From IMG/VR virus record IMGVR_UViG_3300024259_000012: DNA of 64,000 nucleotides; one strand, 5' to 3'. Shown piece by piece: positions 1 to 10,065 of this stretch. How positions within the stretch are numbered: position 1 is the first letter of the stretch; every line of letters starts with the position of its first letter. The notes under the pieces were generated by a model, which worked only from the letters and a program-made list of their open reading frames with translations, was not told the origin of the DNA and searched no databases. A program made the position numbers and the translations under genes. This DNA is from a virus.

Positions 1-100
1 ACCATGATTGCCAATGTTCCGATTGTGGTGCGGTAAACCTGTGACATTCATCTCTTTCAAGTGGGCATCCATGTCCATTACACATTGATATATCAGCCAT
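1..100 (-). CDS. Small Cys-rich phage protein (MADISMC...CP...C.R.TA), truncated by window edge
   Basis: ATG at 100 with an AAGGAGG RBS upstream; frame open to base 1. Confidence 0.6.
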   Translation of the reverse strand, partial: MADISMCNGHGCPLERDECHRFTAPQSEHWQSW

Positions 101-200
101 TTTTATCTTCCTCCTTATCGGTTTCACTGTTTCTTTTCTTACATAACTAATATACAACATGAAATCTCGTTATGCAAGTACTAAATTAAATTATTTTTTG

Positions 201-273
201 CTCCGACGGAAGAATTCGAATCTCCATCTTTCACGTTAACAGCGTGCCGTTTTACCATTAGTACTACGTCGGA
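201..273 (-). tRNA. tRNA-Asn(GTT)
   Basis: Cloverleaf: acceptor TCCGACG/CGTCGGA, anticodon loop CTGTTAA, T-loop TTCGAAT. Confidence 0.92.
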
Positions 274-327
274 TTGTATTGGCAAAGAAGGAATTATCTC
301 AATTAAGTCATATGACACCATTTGTTG

Positions 328-399
328 CTCACAGGGAGAATTTCGAAATCTCGACCCTTCGGTTAACAGCCGAACGCTCTGCCTCTGAGCTACCTGTGA
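328..399 (-). tRNA. tRNA-Asn(GTT), second copy
   Basis: Acceptor TCACAGG/CCTGTGA, anticodon arm TTCGG-CTGTTAA-CCGAA, T-loop TTCGAAA. Confidence 0.92.
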
Positions 400-406
400 A
401 TTTGTG

Positions 407-479
407 AGCCTCCATCCGGTATCGAACCGGCTTCCCCTGCTTACAAGGCAGGACATCATCCATTAAATGTTTTAGAGGC
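407..479 (-). tRNA. tRNA-Thr(TGT)
   Basis: Anticodon arm CCTGC-CTTGTAA-GCAGG, T-arm CCGG-TTCGATA-CCGG. Confidence 0.9.
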
Positions 480-480
480 A

Positions 481-690
481 AGTGTAAGAGGTTTGAATCT
501 CACATGTTGGTTGGGGAGTTGTGGATTCTCTTTTTAATCACCATGAAACGGGCGGTTCCCGCCAATGGTTCCTCTCAATGTTTTGAGGTTGATTCCAACG
601 CATCCTGCAGAATGTTTTGGCACCTCACGGACACAATAAGCTCATTCAGTGGCTTTTCACAGCATCACTCATGACGACCCGTTGCCCACG
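481..690 (-). ncRNA. Candidate structured RNA between tRNA-Pro and tRNA-Thr
   Basis: No ORF of 60 aa or more; hairpins GGCGG/CCGCC and CCTC..GAGG; long-range AACGGG/CCCGTT pairing; 3' T-loop-like GTGAGA-TTCAAACC-TCTTAC. Confidence 0.3.
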
Positions 691-691
691 G

Positions 692-766
692 TAGCAGTGA
701 AGAGATTCGAACTCTTGACCCCTGGTTCCCAAAACCAGTGCTCTATCCGGACTGAGCTACACCACT
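692..766 (-). tRNA. tRNA-Pro(TGG)
   Basis: Anticodon arm CTGGT-TTTGGGA-ACCAG, T-arm AAGAG-TTCGAAT-CTCTT. Confidence 0.9.
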
Positions 767-770
767 ATGT

Positions 771-797
771 AATGCCGCACCGAAGTGCGGCATTTTT
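771..797. terminator. Stable hairpin (CUUCGG tetraloop on - strand), terminator or processing site
   Basis: AATGCCGCAC-CGAA-GTGCGGCATT followed by a T-run on the + strand. Confidence 0.6.
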
Positions 798-928
798 ATA
801 TTTAAAATAATCACACAGGATACCCCGTAGTAATCATTTGTTTACTTTTTTACTTTCCCAAATTTTCAAAGAACGTGAGTAATATATTTGCAATTACTCG
901 AATGTCAAGAACTTTCTTAACATTTCTG

Positions 929-1001
929 CTGATTCACTAAGATTTGAACTCAGACTAACGGAATCAGAATCCGTCGTGCTATCCGTTTACACCATGAATC
1001 A
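929..1001 (-). tRNA. tRNA-Gln(CTG)
   Basis: Anticodon arm ACGGA-TTCTGAT-TCCGT; acceptor TGATTCA/TGAATCA. Confidence 0.9.
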
Positions 1002-1006
1002 ATGTG

Positions 1007-1081
1007 TAGTCCTGAGAGGGGTCGAACCTCCAACATCTGGTTTCTAAAACCAGTGCCTCTTGCCAATTGGGCTACAGGACC
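1007..1081 (-). tRNA. tRNA-Leu(TAG) lacking long variable arm
   Basis: Anticodon arm CTGGT-TTTAGAA-ACCAG, 5-nt variable loop, T-arm GGAGG-TTCGACC-CCTCT, A73. Confidence 0.85.
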
Positions 1082-1145
1082 GTTAGTAACATTTTTTCTG
1101 CACGATAACATTTGTAATGTTACTGTGCAACTTTTATGTTACATG

Positions 1146-1218
1146 TACTCTCGCAGGGATTTGAGCCCCGAATTTTGGCTTCGTAGGCCAATGTGATATC
1201 CAGTTTCACCACGAGAGC
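1146..1218 (-). tRNA. tRNA-Arg(ACG)
   Basis: Anticodon arm TTGGC-CTACGAA-GCCAA; acceptor GCTCTCG/CGAGAGT. Confidence 0.88.
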
Positions 1219-1237
1219 ATATTTCAAAAAACATTTG

Positions 1238-1308
1238 TGGGGATAACCAGATTTGAACTGATACGATGAGATTCAAAATCTCACATGCTACCGTTACATC
1301 ATATCCCT
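1238..1308 (-). tRNA. tRNA-Gln(TTG)
   Basis: Anticodon arm TGAGA-TTTTGAA-TCTCA, T-loop TTCAAAT. Confidence 0.88.
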
Positions 1309-1644
1309 ATTTGTCTAAAAAAGCGTGTTAATCTCTCACCAATATACATCTAAAATTTACGTTTGCAAGTAAAAAAAAAGCGAAAATAAATTTATTTTCG
1401 CCTTCATGTTTAGTATTTTTGTTTGGTGGTTTTGCTACTGCATGAAGGCTCTTTGATGTTGGGGTTCTGTGGCAAAAATTGAATACACGGAATCACATCC
1501 CAAACTTGGGCGTAAATTTTGTTTCGCTGAGCCGAGTATCATTGTTATTGTCGTCATCATTTTCCTCATTAAATTTAGATTCATATATACATAGCACGGA
1601 GTTTCGTTAAAATGCATTTTATTTTCGATTTTTTTAAATTATTT

Positions 1645-2127
1645 TTAATTGTATTCCAATGTTATGGTAAATGCTCCCGAACCATTACCGGCGGTTGCAG
1701 TATACGCACCCGTTGCTTGACTTGACAGTGTTCCTAAATGTCCACCAACTCACAATTTATATCCACTTGCACCCAGTGTAATATTTCCACCATTAGTTAC
1801 TGAAGTTGCAGATGCCTGTGTTGTTTCGTGACCATACATATTTGGTGTATAGGTCATCGTATTCGTTCCATCACCCAATGTTACCGTTGCATCGTGTGTT
1901 ACATTAACACCGACACCATTGCTTCCACCAACTGTAAATTCACCAATGGAATATGCTTGCCCAAGGTCGGTATGTGATACGTCTTTCGGGTCCATAATCG
2001 GTGTTGAAGTTGCTGATAGATTTCCAAAGTCAATATCAACATCTTTTGATAATGTTAATTCCGCTTGGACGTTCGCTGATACTTCAGCCGTTGCAGATGT
2101 TTGTGAGTATGCACCCACTGAAATCAA
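1645..2127 (-). CDS. DUF4402-like secreted beta-rich protein with in-frame TGA (1750-1752) read as Trp; 5' end uncertain or truncated
   Basis: SATA.VSA.V...L.L....DIDFG motif; frame stays open past TGA as KL*VGGHLG...GAY...FTITLEYN-TAA. Confidence 0.7.
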
Positions 2128-2174
2128 GATGACAGTTTAAGTTATCTAATTGATAATAATAATTTTGGTGTGTG

Positions 2175-2181
2175 ATAAATA
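2175..2181 (-). promoter_or_regulatory. Putative late-promoter motif TATTTAT (also 3640-3646, 4221-4227, 10087-10093; TACTTAT at 11478-11484 and 52656-52662)
   Basis: Recurrent motif upstream of minus-strand transcription units that lack an obvious TTGACA -35 box. Confidence 0.45.
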
Positions 2182-2186
2182 TCAAT

Positions 2187-3200
2187 TTACGGGGTTAATT
2201 CATCCCTAATATGCGCCGTTGGAACTTTCTCAGTCAACTCTTGGATGGACTCCTCTAAGTTAATCGGCTTCTTTTTCTTTTTTGGTGGCTTGACATCGTT
2301 GACATCGTTGACATCATCGACCCCGTACATGGATTCTTTTTTCTTCCAAGTAAACCTATCAAAAAATGATTTCTTAGGTTGACCGTTATCATCATTCCAA
2401 TTTTCAAGCATCACCTTATTGGTTGCAATAACCAATACAATTGCAAGTGGGTCAAATACAAATATCAATATGAATATAAAAAATTTAACCACCGTGTCAA
2501 CTGAAGTATCAAATGCCTGAGCAATAAAAATCACCGGACCTACATCTGCGCCGGTCTCAATCAATTCAATTTTCATATCAGACATCTGCTGTTCAACTCT
2601 TGATAGTTTAACAGCGACGCTATCCATATTATCATTGGCCTTTTTAACGTCAATGTCCAATGTTGCCAATTCCGGCTTATACCGATTATATATTTTTGAA
2701 CGTTGAAGTCTATCATAATACCGAGTAGTATCGGTTATGGTCATTGAAGCAATTTCATCGTTTCTATTTTCAATAGTGTTTTGTCGCTCCGAACGTAATG
2801 ACTCCGTTGTAATATTAATCCTATCTCGGTCATCATACAATCGTTCCTTGGTCTGCTCCAGCACCTGCATCTTTGATGTAATTTTATCAAGTCCGAGCGT
2901 GGCACCCTGATATGCATTTGATAGATATCCAAAGATTCCCCCGCTTGTGATTAATACAAGAACCACCAATGCTATCGTCAAATAGCTTTTGAAAGCGATG
3001 TTTATTTTGCTTCAGTATCTATACAGAAATGATGCAGAGATTAGCTTCCCAAATTCAAGGCTTGATGCCATCACAATAATTTGTGTGGATGCACCTGCAA
3101 ATAATTTGGATAATCCAAATACAGAAAAGAAAGCCGCTGAGCCTGCAATCGAAAACGACGCAAGCATCATTAAGAATAAAAAGAAACGATTATTTCGCAT
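2187..3200 (-). CDS. Multi-pass membrane/coiled-coil phage protein; one gene with in-frame TGA (3012-3014) read as Trp
   Basis: Track ORFs 3012-3200 and 2187-2981 are in the same frame, joined by SFLYRY*SKINIAFKSYLTIALVVL; FDPLA motif near C-terminus. Confidence 0.85.
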
Positions 3201-3383
3201 TTAATAGTCTTCTAATAGCTGAATCATATTTTCTAAATATTCTAATTCTTTGCCTATTTCTACAATGGCCGCCTGCAGTGCTCCATTTTCATATTGGGCA
3301 CTAATTTCTATTGTTGCGTTTAATAGAGATTGAATTCTGTCTATTTTGTATTGTAACCTGTCTGTATCCATGATATTATTTCC

Positions 3384-3617
3384 TTATGCGTTTGCTAAGT
3401 CAGCACGATTGTATTCCAATAGTGAGATTAGCGTTCTATCATTTAAGGGATTGCACAAATGCTTCTGAAGATTTTCACCATAAAATCCTAAGTGTTCAGT
3501 AAATTTAACATCTTTTAAGAACTCAATTAGGTTTTCATCCACGTTAAATATACTCGGTTCATTCATAGTGCCCCTTTCATTATAGGTATAATTATCAAAT
3601 TTCCCAAAAATGTACAT
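3384..3617 (-). CDS. Hypothetical protein
   Basis: ORF track; start probably at internal Met (MNEPS) after AAAGGGG. Confidence 0.55.
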   Translation of the reverse strand: MYIFGKFDNYTYNERGTMNEPSIFNVDENLIEFLKDVKFTEHLGFYGENLQKHLCNPLNDRTLISLLEYNRADLANA

Positions 3618-3665
3618 TTAAAGTCCGGTGGACTACCTCATAAATAGCCCACCTTAATGACCTAT

Positions 3666-4139
3666 TTAACTTATTGTAACCTTTTTTTTCTTGGGTTCTT
3701 CAGGGACTAATTTTGCAACCTTTATTTTGAGGACACCCAATGTGAATTCTGCTGAGATGTTATCCAAATCAAAGAACTCAGTTTCAAATGGACCAACAGA
3801 CCTTGCAAATGAAGCTTGCCTCAATTCTTTATGAATCAGCCACTCCTCATCCTCGTCAATTTCATGTCGGTTGCCACTAATTTTAATCATATTATCTTCT
3901 ACGTCAATATTCAAATCAGCCTTTTCCAATCCTGGAATCTCCGCAATGAGAATGATTTCATCATCCTTGTTATAGACATTCATTTTTGGATATGCAGATT
4001 TAGGTATTGATACCTTAAATTCCTTGTGGAAATTGGGGAATTGGTTTTTGATAATATCGTCAAATACCTTATCAAATTGATTTACAAATTCTGCTCTGTG
4101 ATTTAAAATTGTTCGTGGGTTTACTACAAGATGTTTCAT
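3666..4139 (-). CDS. hsp20: Small heat-shock protein, Hsp20/alpha-crystallin family
   Basis: P.MNVY...AEIPGL.K.D..I.VE...I.ISG; F.RS...I.A.F..GVL.I...K motifs. Confidence 0.92.
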   Translation of the reverse strand: MKHLVVNPRTILNHRAEFVNQFDKVFDDIIKNQFPNFHKEFKVSIPKSAYPKMNVYNKDDEIILIAEIPGLEKADLNIDVEDNMIKISGNRHEIDEDEEWLIHKELRQASFARSVGPFETEFFDLDNISAEFTLGVLKIKVAKLVPEEPKKKKVTIS

Positions 4140-4267
4140 AACGTTTTCTCCTAACTTTTAAATTAGCCTACCGGCCTAATATTAGAACGCACCTCCTTGG
4201 GAGCATGTCGTTCTTCTATAATAAATAGCAGGCTATTTGAGAAAACGCTAAAGTATTTTCAAAAATT

Positions 4268-4591
4268 CTAAAAAATCCTTAATTTAACTTCATTGGCGAC
4301 CGATACCATCGAGCCATTGAATTCTCCAATTTCTATGTCACCTAAAATTTGAGTAGCGGTTGCACTTGTAATTGGGGATTTATATGATTTGCCCTCAAAT
4401 ACAAATTGTCCGGTTCCCGATGTTGATATGTGTTTCAAGATAACTTTCAATTCCTTGAACTCCATGTATGCCGCATATGTTGGTGATAATATTTTCGTTT
4501 TACCGCACATTACCAAAAACTTTTCGTAATTTGTCCATTGATTCATATCCATGAATTCGTCCTTTCTAATTCTGATTCTGAAATCCATCAA
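4268..4591 (-). CDS. Hypothetical protein
   Basis: ORF track; overlaps the end of the upstream gene. Confidence 0.6.
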   Translation of the reverse strand: MMDFRIRIRKDEFMDMNQWTNYEKFLVMCGKTKILSPTYAAYMEFKELKVILKHISTSGTGQFVFEGKSYKSPITSATATQILGDIEIGEFNGSMVSVANEVKLRIF

Positions 4592-5720
4592 ATGAAGTTT
4601 CGTCTACTAAATCATCATCTGGATTGACCGTCGCAACGTCTGTTTCATACTGTTGAATGTGTTTTTTAATAAAATTCCGTTCACTTGCCGCCCCACCATC
4701 AGCATCATATTGAGAAAATACAGCCGCCTCAAAAGATTCACCGAAAGAAAACCCGTCGTATACGAGTCCCGCAAGTCGTTTTGTTGTTCGTGTTGAAATG
4801 AATGATGACAATTTTCCTTGAGCACTGGCAACTTCATCTCGTGTTGCTATTGCAGTTTCTGCAATATGCGCAATATCATCTGCGCTAAGATTTGGATATA
4901 ACATTGTTAGCAATTGAACCTCTTGTTCAAAATTCAAAATATCCATTTCTACATTTGTAAATCGTTCCACCATCGCCCAATCCATCTGACGGGTAGATGT
5001 ATATTCACTACCAATGTTGGCAGTTGCAATAAATGTAACACCTGGAGCTTTCTTAATTATCTTTCCATCTGCTCGCTCATCCAATGTAATCTGACCAATA
5101 AGCGGGTCTAACATCGGCATTATAATATTCCAACCTTCGGGATTTGCCCTTGACAATTCATCCAATCCAATAATAGCATTTTCGGTTTGAATTGCTTCAA
5201 TAAACTCGGACTCAACAAAATAGGTTCCAGTCTCGGTATTCAAATGAGAATTACCAAGTAAGGATGATTTTGGGTCTTGGGTTGCGCCTAAGTTAAAATG
5301 GAAATATGGTCTGCCCATTGCTTTTGGCAATGCTTGCATCAATGATGTTTTCCCACATCCGGCGGGTCCGGTAACCATTATACATTCACCTCGTAAAATA
5401 GTTCGTACCGCAAATTTCCATTTCAATGGATTGACAATAAGAGTTTCAGGGATTCGGTCAATGCTGTTTGCAATTTGAGTTTTGATGGCGTTGTTGGAAT
5501 CGTCTTTGGTTACGCTCTTAAATTTTGCAATTGGGACTTTGACCCACATGGTTTCATCACCATATACATTTCGTTCCAAAGCTCTATTGTTATCAAACGC
5601 AAGTTTCCTTGTATTCAAATCAATATCAGCCGTCCATTCTTCCCCAAAAATATCGGTGGCTATATAATCAGCACCCTCTTGAGTAATCTTAACCAACGTT
5701 TTTGTATTTTGGGTCATCAT
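4566..5720 (-). CDS. MoxR/CbbQ-type AAA+ ATPase
   Basis: Walker A GPAGCGKT, Walker B IGLDE, FIATAN and D.A...RF motifs. Confidence 0.92.
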   Translation of the reverse strand: MMTQNTKTLVKITQEGADYIATDIFGEEWTADIDLNTRKLAFDNNRALERNVYGDETMWVKVPIAKFKSVTKDDSNNAIKTQIANSIDRIPETLIVNPLKWKFAVRTILRGECIMVTGPAGCGKTSLMQALPKAMGRPYFHFNLGATQDPKSSLLGNSHLNTETGTYFVESEFIEAIQTENAIIGLDELSRANPEGWNIIMPMLDPLIGQITLDERADGKIIKKAPGVTFIATANIGSEYTSTRQMDWAMVERFTNVEMDILNFEQEVQLLTMLYPNLSADDIAHIAETAIATRDEVASAQGKLSSFISTRTTKRLAGLVYDGFSFGESFEAAVFSQYDADGGAASERNFIKKHIQQYETDVATVNPDDDLVDETSFDGFQNQN

Positions 5721-5728
5721 ATATCCTT

Positions 5729-7696
5729 TTATTTAATTAGCAATTTCTTATTTATGGTCTTGGCCACGTCAATTATATTTAACACGTCAATAAATGCGGC
5801 GTCTTTTCCATACATGTGCATAAATGCTTCCCGTGCATCGTGCCCAAGCGTGGTGTCAGACTTTAAAAAATACGATAATACTTCCATACCAAATTTTCTA
5901 ATTTCATTAACCATGAGTCGTGTATGCTCGTAAGCAGACTCGCCGCCGTAATGTATTTCGTTGTTCATAAAAAACGGCTCCCCATCTGAGAAGTTTAACA
6001 GGTACAATTTACGTGCGGGTTCCTTTCGAAACAAGTCTTTTATCATAGCTTCAAAACATAATCCTTCCGGCGTACTTGCGTTGCATCGGATGTGTGCAAG
6101 CACCAATCTCAATCTATGCAATGTATCTCGTCTGCTATCATACACCACAATGACCGTTGGCAATACATTATCGTTCACCATTTGGACACCACGAGTTGAT
6201 ACCACCACATCAATGTTTCTACTCATCTCAGCCGCTTTACAAATTGCAACTATGGAAGTCATTGAATTTTCCCATTTGGTTCCACCCATGGATGAGCTTG
6301 CATCCCATGTTATATGAATCAACGCATCCTGAAAGAATTCGATTTCAGTCATGGTGAAGATGTCAGTATTTCCAAATGACACTTCATGAAGCATCCTACG
6401 ATTTAATGCGCCGTGCTTTTTGCGAGTGTATTCCGTTACTTTGGTTTCATTCCGGACTTTTAATTTCTTTCCCAGAACCCTACCAAGATTCATTCCACCA
6501 TCAATACATTTCAATGCCGTTTCACTTTGAAATGGTTCAAAGGCAGTGAACACGGTTCCATCCAACATTGCATCGGTCACCTTTTTGACAACCAAGCATT
6601 CGGTTCCGGCATAGTCACCCTTTGGTTCAATCTCAACAAGTGATGATTCGCTGTCCATGAGAATATTTAATTTGTCTGCAAGGTCTCCTGAGATAGCTAC
6701 CTTTTCGGTATCACCGTCTAAAAAATCTTTTTGTTTCTTCAACGCCTCAGCCAATTCTTCCAATTCTGCATCGGTCAAATCATCGGCACCCTTGCCTAAT
6801 AAATTCTTCAAACGCTCTCGGGCTTTGTCCATCGCATTTTTCATTTTGCGCATTTTTTCAAAAGATTCATTTTCTTTAGCTTGGTCTACGGGGTCAACGT
6901 TGTCTAAAATAATATTGTATACTTCATATGACAGTTCAAGTATTCCAGCGGTGTTTGTAAACCTACCGATGTGCCGCAGGTCTGCCAATCTATAAATGTC
7001 CCTGAGTCCTGGAAGTACATCCAAATCAACATTTTTGTTGATGAGATAGCATATATAAAATAAATATGTATCCACGGTTTTCTTGATGACTTTCTTGGGG
7101 TCTAAAATTAATTTGTCCACCGCATCAGACTGCCAAGCATCGGCGTACATTGCTTTGTAGTACACCCTGTAGCCAGGTGACGCTTTGTAGGTATTGTTAT
7201 CAATACGTCGGTCTTCAAATATATTCAAGTTGGTTCTAACGTGGTCAGTCATCTGACCCTCTTCCTTGAGTTGATGCTTTTTTGTGTAGGTATGCACATT
7301 GGTGATACCCAACTTTTCAGCCTTTGCTACAAGGTCTTTTTTCTTAGGAACTAATTTTGGAAGTTTGAACCACAGCTTGAAATCCGTATCTCGGATATGT
7401 GAACCTTCATGCATCGCCGTTCCAACCACCGCATCAAAATTAAATGGGGAGATTGTAGATGTTATAATTACACGCTTACCATCGGTTCCGGAATCCTCTT
7501 TTGATTCTCTAAACACAACGGGCACATGCTTTTTACAAATGATTCTAACAAAATCAGCGATTGAACGCCGGTATTGTGACAATGCAAATACATCCGGTTT
7601 AATATCCGGATGCAATTCCTTTGGGCGTATTTGAGAAGGAAGCCAGTAATCGGCTCCCTTCAATTGATATTTTGGATTTGGTTGTGTTGTATTCAT
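5729..7696 (-). CDS. VWA-domain partner of the AAA+ ATPase with N-terminal HExxH motif
   Basis: HEGSH motif, N..ED.RI, MIDAS-like DASSSM, T-PE and SDG.P motifs. Confidence 0.85.
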   Translation of the reverse strand: MNTTQPNPKYQLKGADYWLPSQIRPKELHPDIKPDVFALSQYRRSIADFVRIICKKHVPVVFRESKEDSGTDGKRVIITSTISPFNFDAVVGTAMHEGSHIRDTDFKLWFKLPKLVPKKKDLVAKAEKLGITNVHTYTKKHQLKEEGQMTDHVRTNLNIFEDRRIDNNTYKASPGYRVYYKAMYADAWQSDAVDKLILDPKKVIKKTVDTYLFYICYLINKNVDLDVLPGLRDIYRLADLRHIGRFTNTAGILELSYEVYNIILDNVDPVDQAKENESFEKMRKMKNAMDKARERLKNLLGKGADDLTDAELEELAEALKKQKDFLDGDTEKVAISGDLADKLNILMDSESSLVEIEPKGDYAGTECLVVKKVTDAMLDGTVFTAFEPFQSETALKCIDGGMNLGRVLGKKLKVRNETKVTEYTRKKHGALNRRMLHEVSFGNTDIFTMTEIEFFQDALIHITWDASSSMGGTKWENSMTSIVAICKAAEMSRNIDVVVSTRGVQMVNDNVLPTVIVVYDSRRDTLHRLRLVLAHIRCNASTPEGLCFEAMIKDLFRKEPARKLYLLNFSDGEPFFMNNEIHYGGESAYEHTRLMVNEIRKFGMEVLSYFLKSDTTLGHDAREAFMHMYGKDAAFIDVLNIIDVAKTINKKLLIK

Positions 7697-7697
7697 G

Positions 7698-7898
7698 TTA
7701 CCTAATATAGACCTTAGCCAACGCTTTCCTACTATTAATTTTAACTATTGTGCCAGTGATACCAACAGATATCCCAAGTGTAATAAATGCGACACCCAGA
7801 AGTCCACGTTCAAGCATGACTAAATCAGTATATGAAAACAGAGCGTGAATTAGAATGCTAAGTCCTATGCCACAAAACAACCAATACAGTTTCATCAT
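7698..7898 (-). CDS. Small membrane protein (2 TM)
   Basis: Two hydrophobic stretches. Confidence 0.6.
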   Translation of the reverse strand: MMKLYWLFCGIGLSILIHALFSYTDLVMLERGLLGVAFITLGISVGITGTIVKINSRKALAKVYIR

Positions 7899-7899
7899 T

Positions 7900-9159
7900 T
7901 TATCCCTTCACTAATGACACTCTGGAGAGTGCAGTTTGTTTGATTCCATTATACTCAGTATGTCTCTTGACAGTTCCCTTGACATTTCTAAAGATTCCGG
8001 TGGGGAACTCTTTTTCATCATCAAGCGGCGCAGTGGTGAACCACACATACCGTCTGCCTTCTTTGTCAGCAAAGTTGTAGATGGTTGCGGTTCCGTAGTC
8101 AGTCTCGTGGAATCTACTTGAAACAATTTTGACTTCAAGTTCTAACCGGTCTTTGACATTTCCAACATGCTCATTTACAACATCAGCATTCTCAACTTTT
8201 TTCTTGTCAGCCCATGCGACGTGGTTGTTGTAAGCTTGAATCATGCTCACCGAGTATCCCATGCTCTTCCAAGTGTAAGCACCATTCTCAGCCAGAGTCT
8301 TCAAGTTGAAAAGGTAGGAATTGTCTTTGGGGTCTTGAGTTTTTGCCCAGTCGATAACGGTCTCAACAGTTTCTTTCAACTCAGCCTTCAAGTCGTCTGT
8401 TAATTCAACCATCTCTTCAACAAGCTCTTCGATGTATTCAACATCATCGTATGACAGTGGTTCCTGTGTCAGAGTTTGGATGATTCCTGAAGTGCTTCTC
8501 AAGGTTGAACGCTCTTGAGCCTTGGCGTAACTGATGTACTCGTGATTTTTCATCCAATGTGCTGTGACAGTCAAAAGCTCGGCCAAGTCAAAGCGTGCAT
8601 ACTCACGGATGGTGTTGTCACCTTCCTCATTGAAATTTACATTGAAGGACTGACCGAACCATTCAAGAACTCTGAAAAGCTGATTTCCATCAACTCCCAA
8701 ATACTTGCGGAGACACTGACGACCAATTTGCTTGGCCATGCCATTTTCATCTTGAACGATGAAAGTCTCTTTACGAGCACGTTGGGTGTTACAGTGGTCA
8801 CAGTACCCATCTTTGTCGAAGTATGATTTGGGGACAGTTTTGTAAGGAACCGTGTTGACGATTCCCTCTCGGTGGTCAATGACCCCAAGAAGTTCCCACC
8901 CGCCATCTAAAACAATGGCTTGGGCATAGTCAACTTCAACGTCAATATAATCAACTTTGATTTTTTTCTGACGTGGGCCGAGCGGAGTCTGCACCTCTAT
9001 ATACTGGTCAGTCTCGTAAATTTCACCAGACGTATACGTGGGTAACTCCACATCAATACTTTTACAAAGTTTCTCAAGCTTTTTGAAACGCTTAAGGAAC
9101 TCACCCAGCCTGTAAGCTGGAAATGAAAATTTTCCTGATAATTCGGTTTCGGTAGTCAT
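7900..9159 (-). CDS. Conserved phage protein with Zn-binding CDHC...C motif and C-terminal OB-fold-like domain
   Basis: CDHC..QR.RK.T...QIGRQC; C-terminal VKGTVK.H.EY.G.KQT.L.R; starts after early cassette. Confidence 0.75.
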   Translation of the reverse strand: MTTETELSGKFSFPAYRLGEFLKRFKKLEKLCKSIDVELPTYTSGEIYETDQYIEVQTPLGPRQKKIKVDYIDVEVDYAQAIVLDGGWELLGVIDHREGIVNTVPYKTVPKSYFDKDGYCDHCNTQRARKETFIVQDENGMAKQIGRQCLRKYLGVDGNQLFRVLEWFGQSFNVNFNEEGDNTIREYARFDLAELLTVTAHWMKNHEYISYAKAQERSTLRSTSGIIQTLTQEPLSYDDVEYIEELVEEMVELTDDLKAELKETVETVIDWAKTQDPKDNSYLFNLKTLAENGAYTWKSMGYSVSMIQAYNNHVAWADKKKVENADVVNEHVGNVKDRLELEVKIVSSRFHETDYGTATIYNFADKEGRRYVWFTTAPLDDEKEFPTGIFRNVKGTVKRHTEYNGIKQTALSRVSLVKG

Positions 9160-9168
9160 TTGGGTTTC

Positions 9169-9214
9169 CTCTCTCATTACACTGTAATATAACATGAAAC
9201 CCCTACCAAAACAA
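9169..9214 (-). promoter_or_regulatory. Early promoter/leader cassette copy 1
   Basis: TTGTTT-17-TATATT-acaGTGTAATGAGAGAGGA. Confidence 0.7.
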
Positions 9215-9424
9215 CTAAAAAACCTCTATAATTTTACTTTCTTTAATCCATTCGGTTTCAAATTCAACCTGTGCATTTTTCAGAAATTCATGAATCCGTG
9301 CTTCAACCACCGTTGGGGTGTCGCCGGAAACTAAATACTTTTCCTTGCGCTTCTTTTCTTTCACACCATCTTTGGTTTCAACCGTTTCAATGAATGCTAC
9401 TGTAGCTTCAAAATATTTTTCCAT
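9215..9424 (-). CDS. DUF4494-family protein
   Basis: YFE..V......G..KK.KE.YLV...T.T..EA.......F....IKESKI..VF pattern. Confidence 0.75.
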   Translation of the reverse strand: MEKYFEATVAFIETVETKDGVKEKKRKEKYLVSGDTPTVVEARIHEFLKNAQVEFETEWIKESKIIEVF

Positions 9425-9580
9425 AACCTTATTCTCCTTTTGTGATATATTTGAAAATTGTTTTCGCACTTTCTATTAAACTGGCGGGGTCTGCGCAAAG
9501 TCCAGTGCTCTGTGCCAAGTCCAACGCCATTAATCTATATTCTAATGCTTGTTCTTTTGTAATTACCATAACCTTTTCTC

Positions 9581-9826
9581 CTATGTTAGATTTGCTATAA
9601 CTGTGGCCTTTGGAACAACACCAACAAGTCGGTGTATCTCATTACCATTTTCTTCAATAACGCAAGTCGGAACCGACCGTACATTATATTCTCTTGCCAT
9701 GACTTCATTGGTATCCATGTCTATAAACTGCACGGAGTATCCTTCGTTTGCAATCTCTTGCATCACTGGCTTGAAATGCTTACAGGGTTGACACCATGTA
9801 GCACTAAAATATTTAACTGTTTTCAT
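9581..9826 (-). CDS. trx: Thioredoxin
   Basis: WCQPC active site and VRSVPT cis-Pro motif. Confidence 0.93.
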   Translation of the reverse strand: MKTVKYFSATWCQPCKHFKPVMQEIANEGYSVQFIDMDTNEVMAREYNVRSVPTCVIEENGNEIHRLVGVVPKATVIANLT

Positions 9827-10065
9827 TAATAATCCTCTCCATATAATGAGTAGCTTTTTGGCTTCTCGGGTTCTGCAGGTGGGTCTGGAATCACTTTATA
9901 AACCTTGCCCTCTTTTGCATTGATGTGAAACTCAAAACAATCATGCTGTGAAAACGCATGTTCTAATCCATCCGTCAACGAAATAAATATTTCATCCGAA
10001 CGGGGAGTCTTTGCATCTCTCCACCTATCTCCTGGCGGTACTCTTGTTAATACTAATTCTTTCAT
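9826..10065 (-). CDS. Hypothetical protein
   Basis: ORF with GGAG RBS; TAATG overlap to thioredoxin. Confidence 0.65.
   Translation of the reverse strand: MKELVLTRVPPGDRWRDAKTPRSDEIFISLTDGLEHAFSQHDCFEFHINAKEGKVYKVIPDPPAEPEKPKSYSLYGEDY

Noticed and set aside
481-505. TTCAAA loop as a UCA suppressor anticodon
   Set aside because: No surrounding cloverleaf; it looks like an isolated T-loop-like hairpin
181-1196. Track ORFs 181-459 and 1002-1196
   Set aside because: They overlap clear tRNA genes and are spurious
2290-2321. 9-nt tandem repeat TTGACATCG
   Set aside because: In-frame coding microsatellite (DVN repeats) in a low-complexity tail
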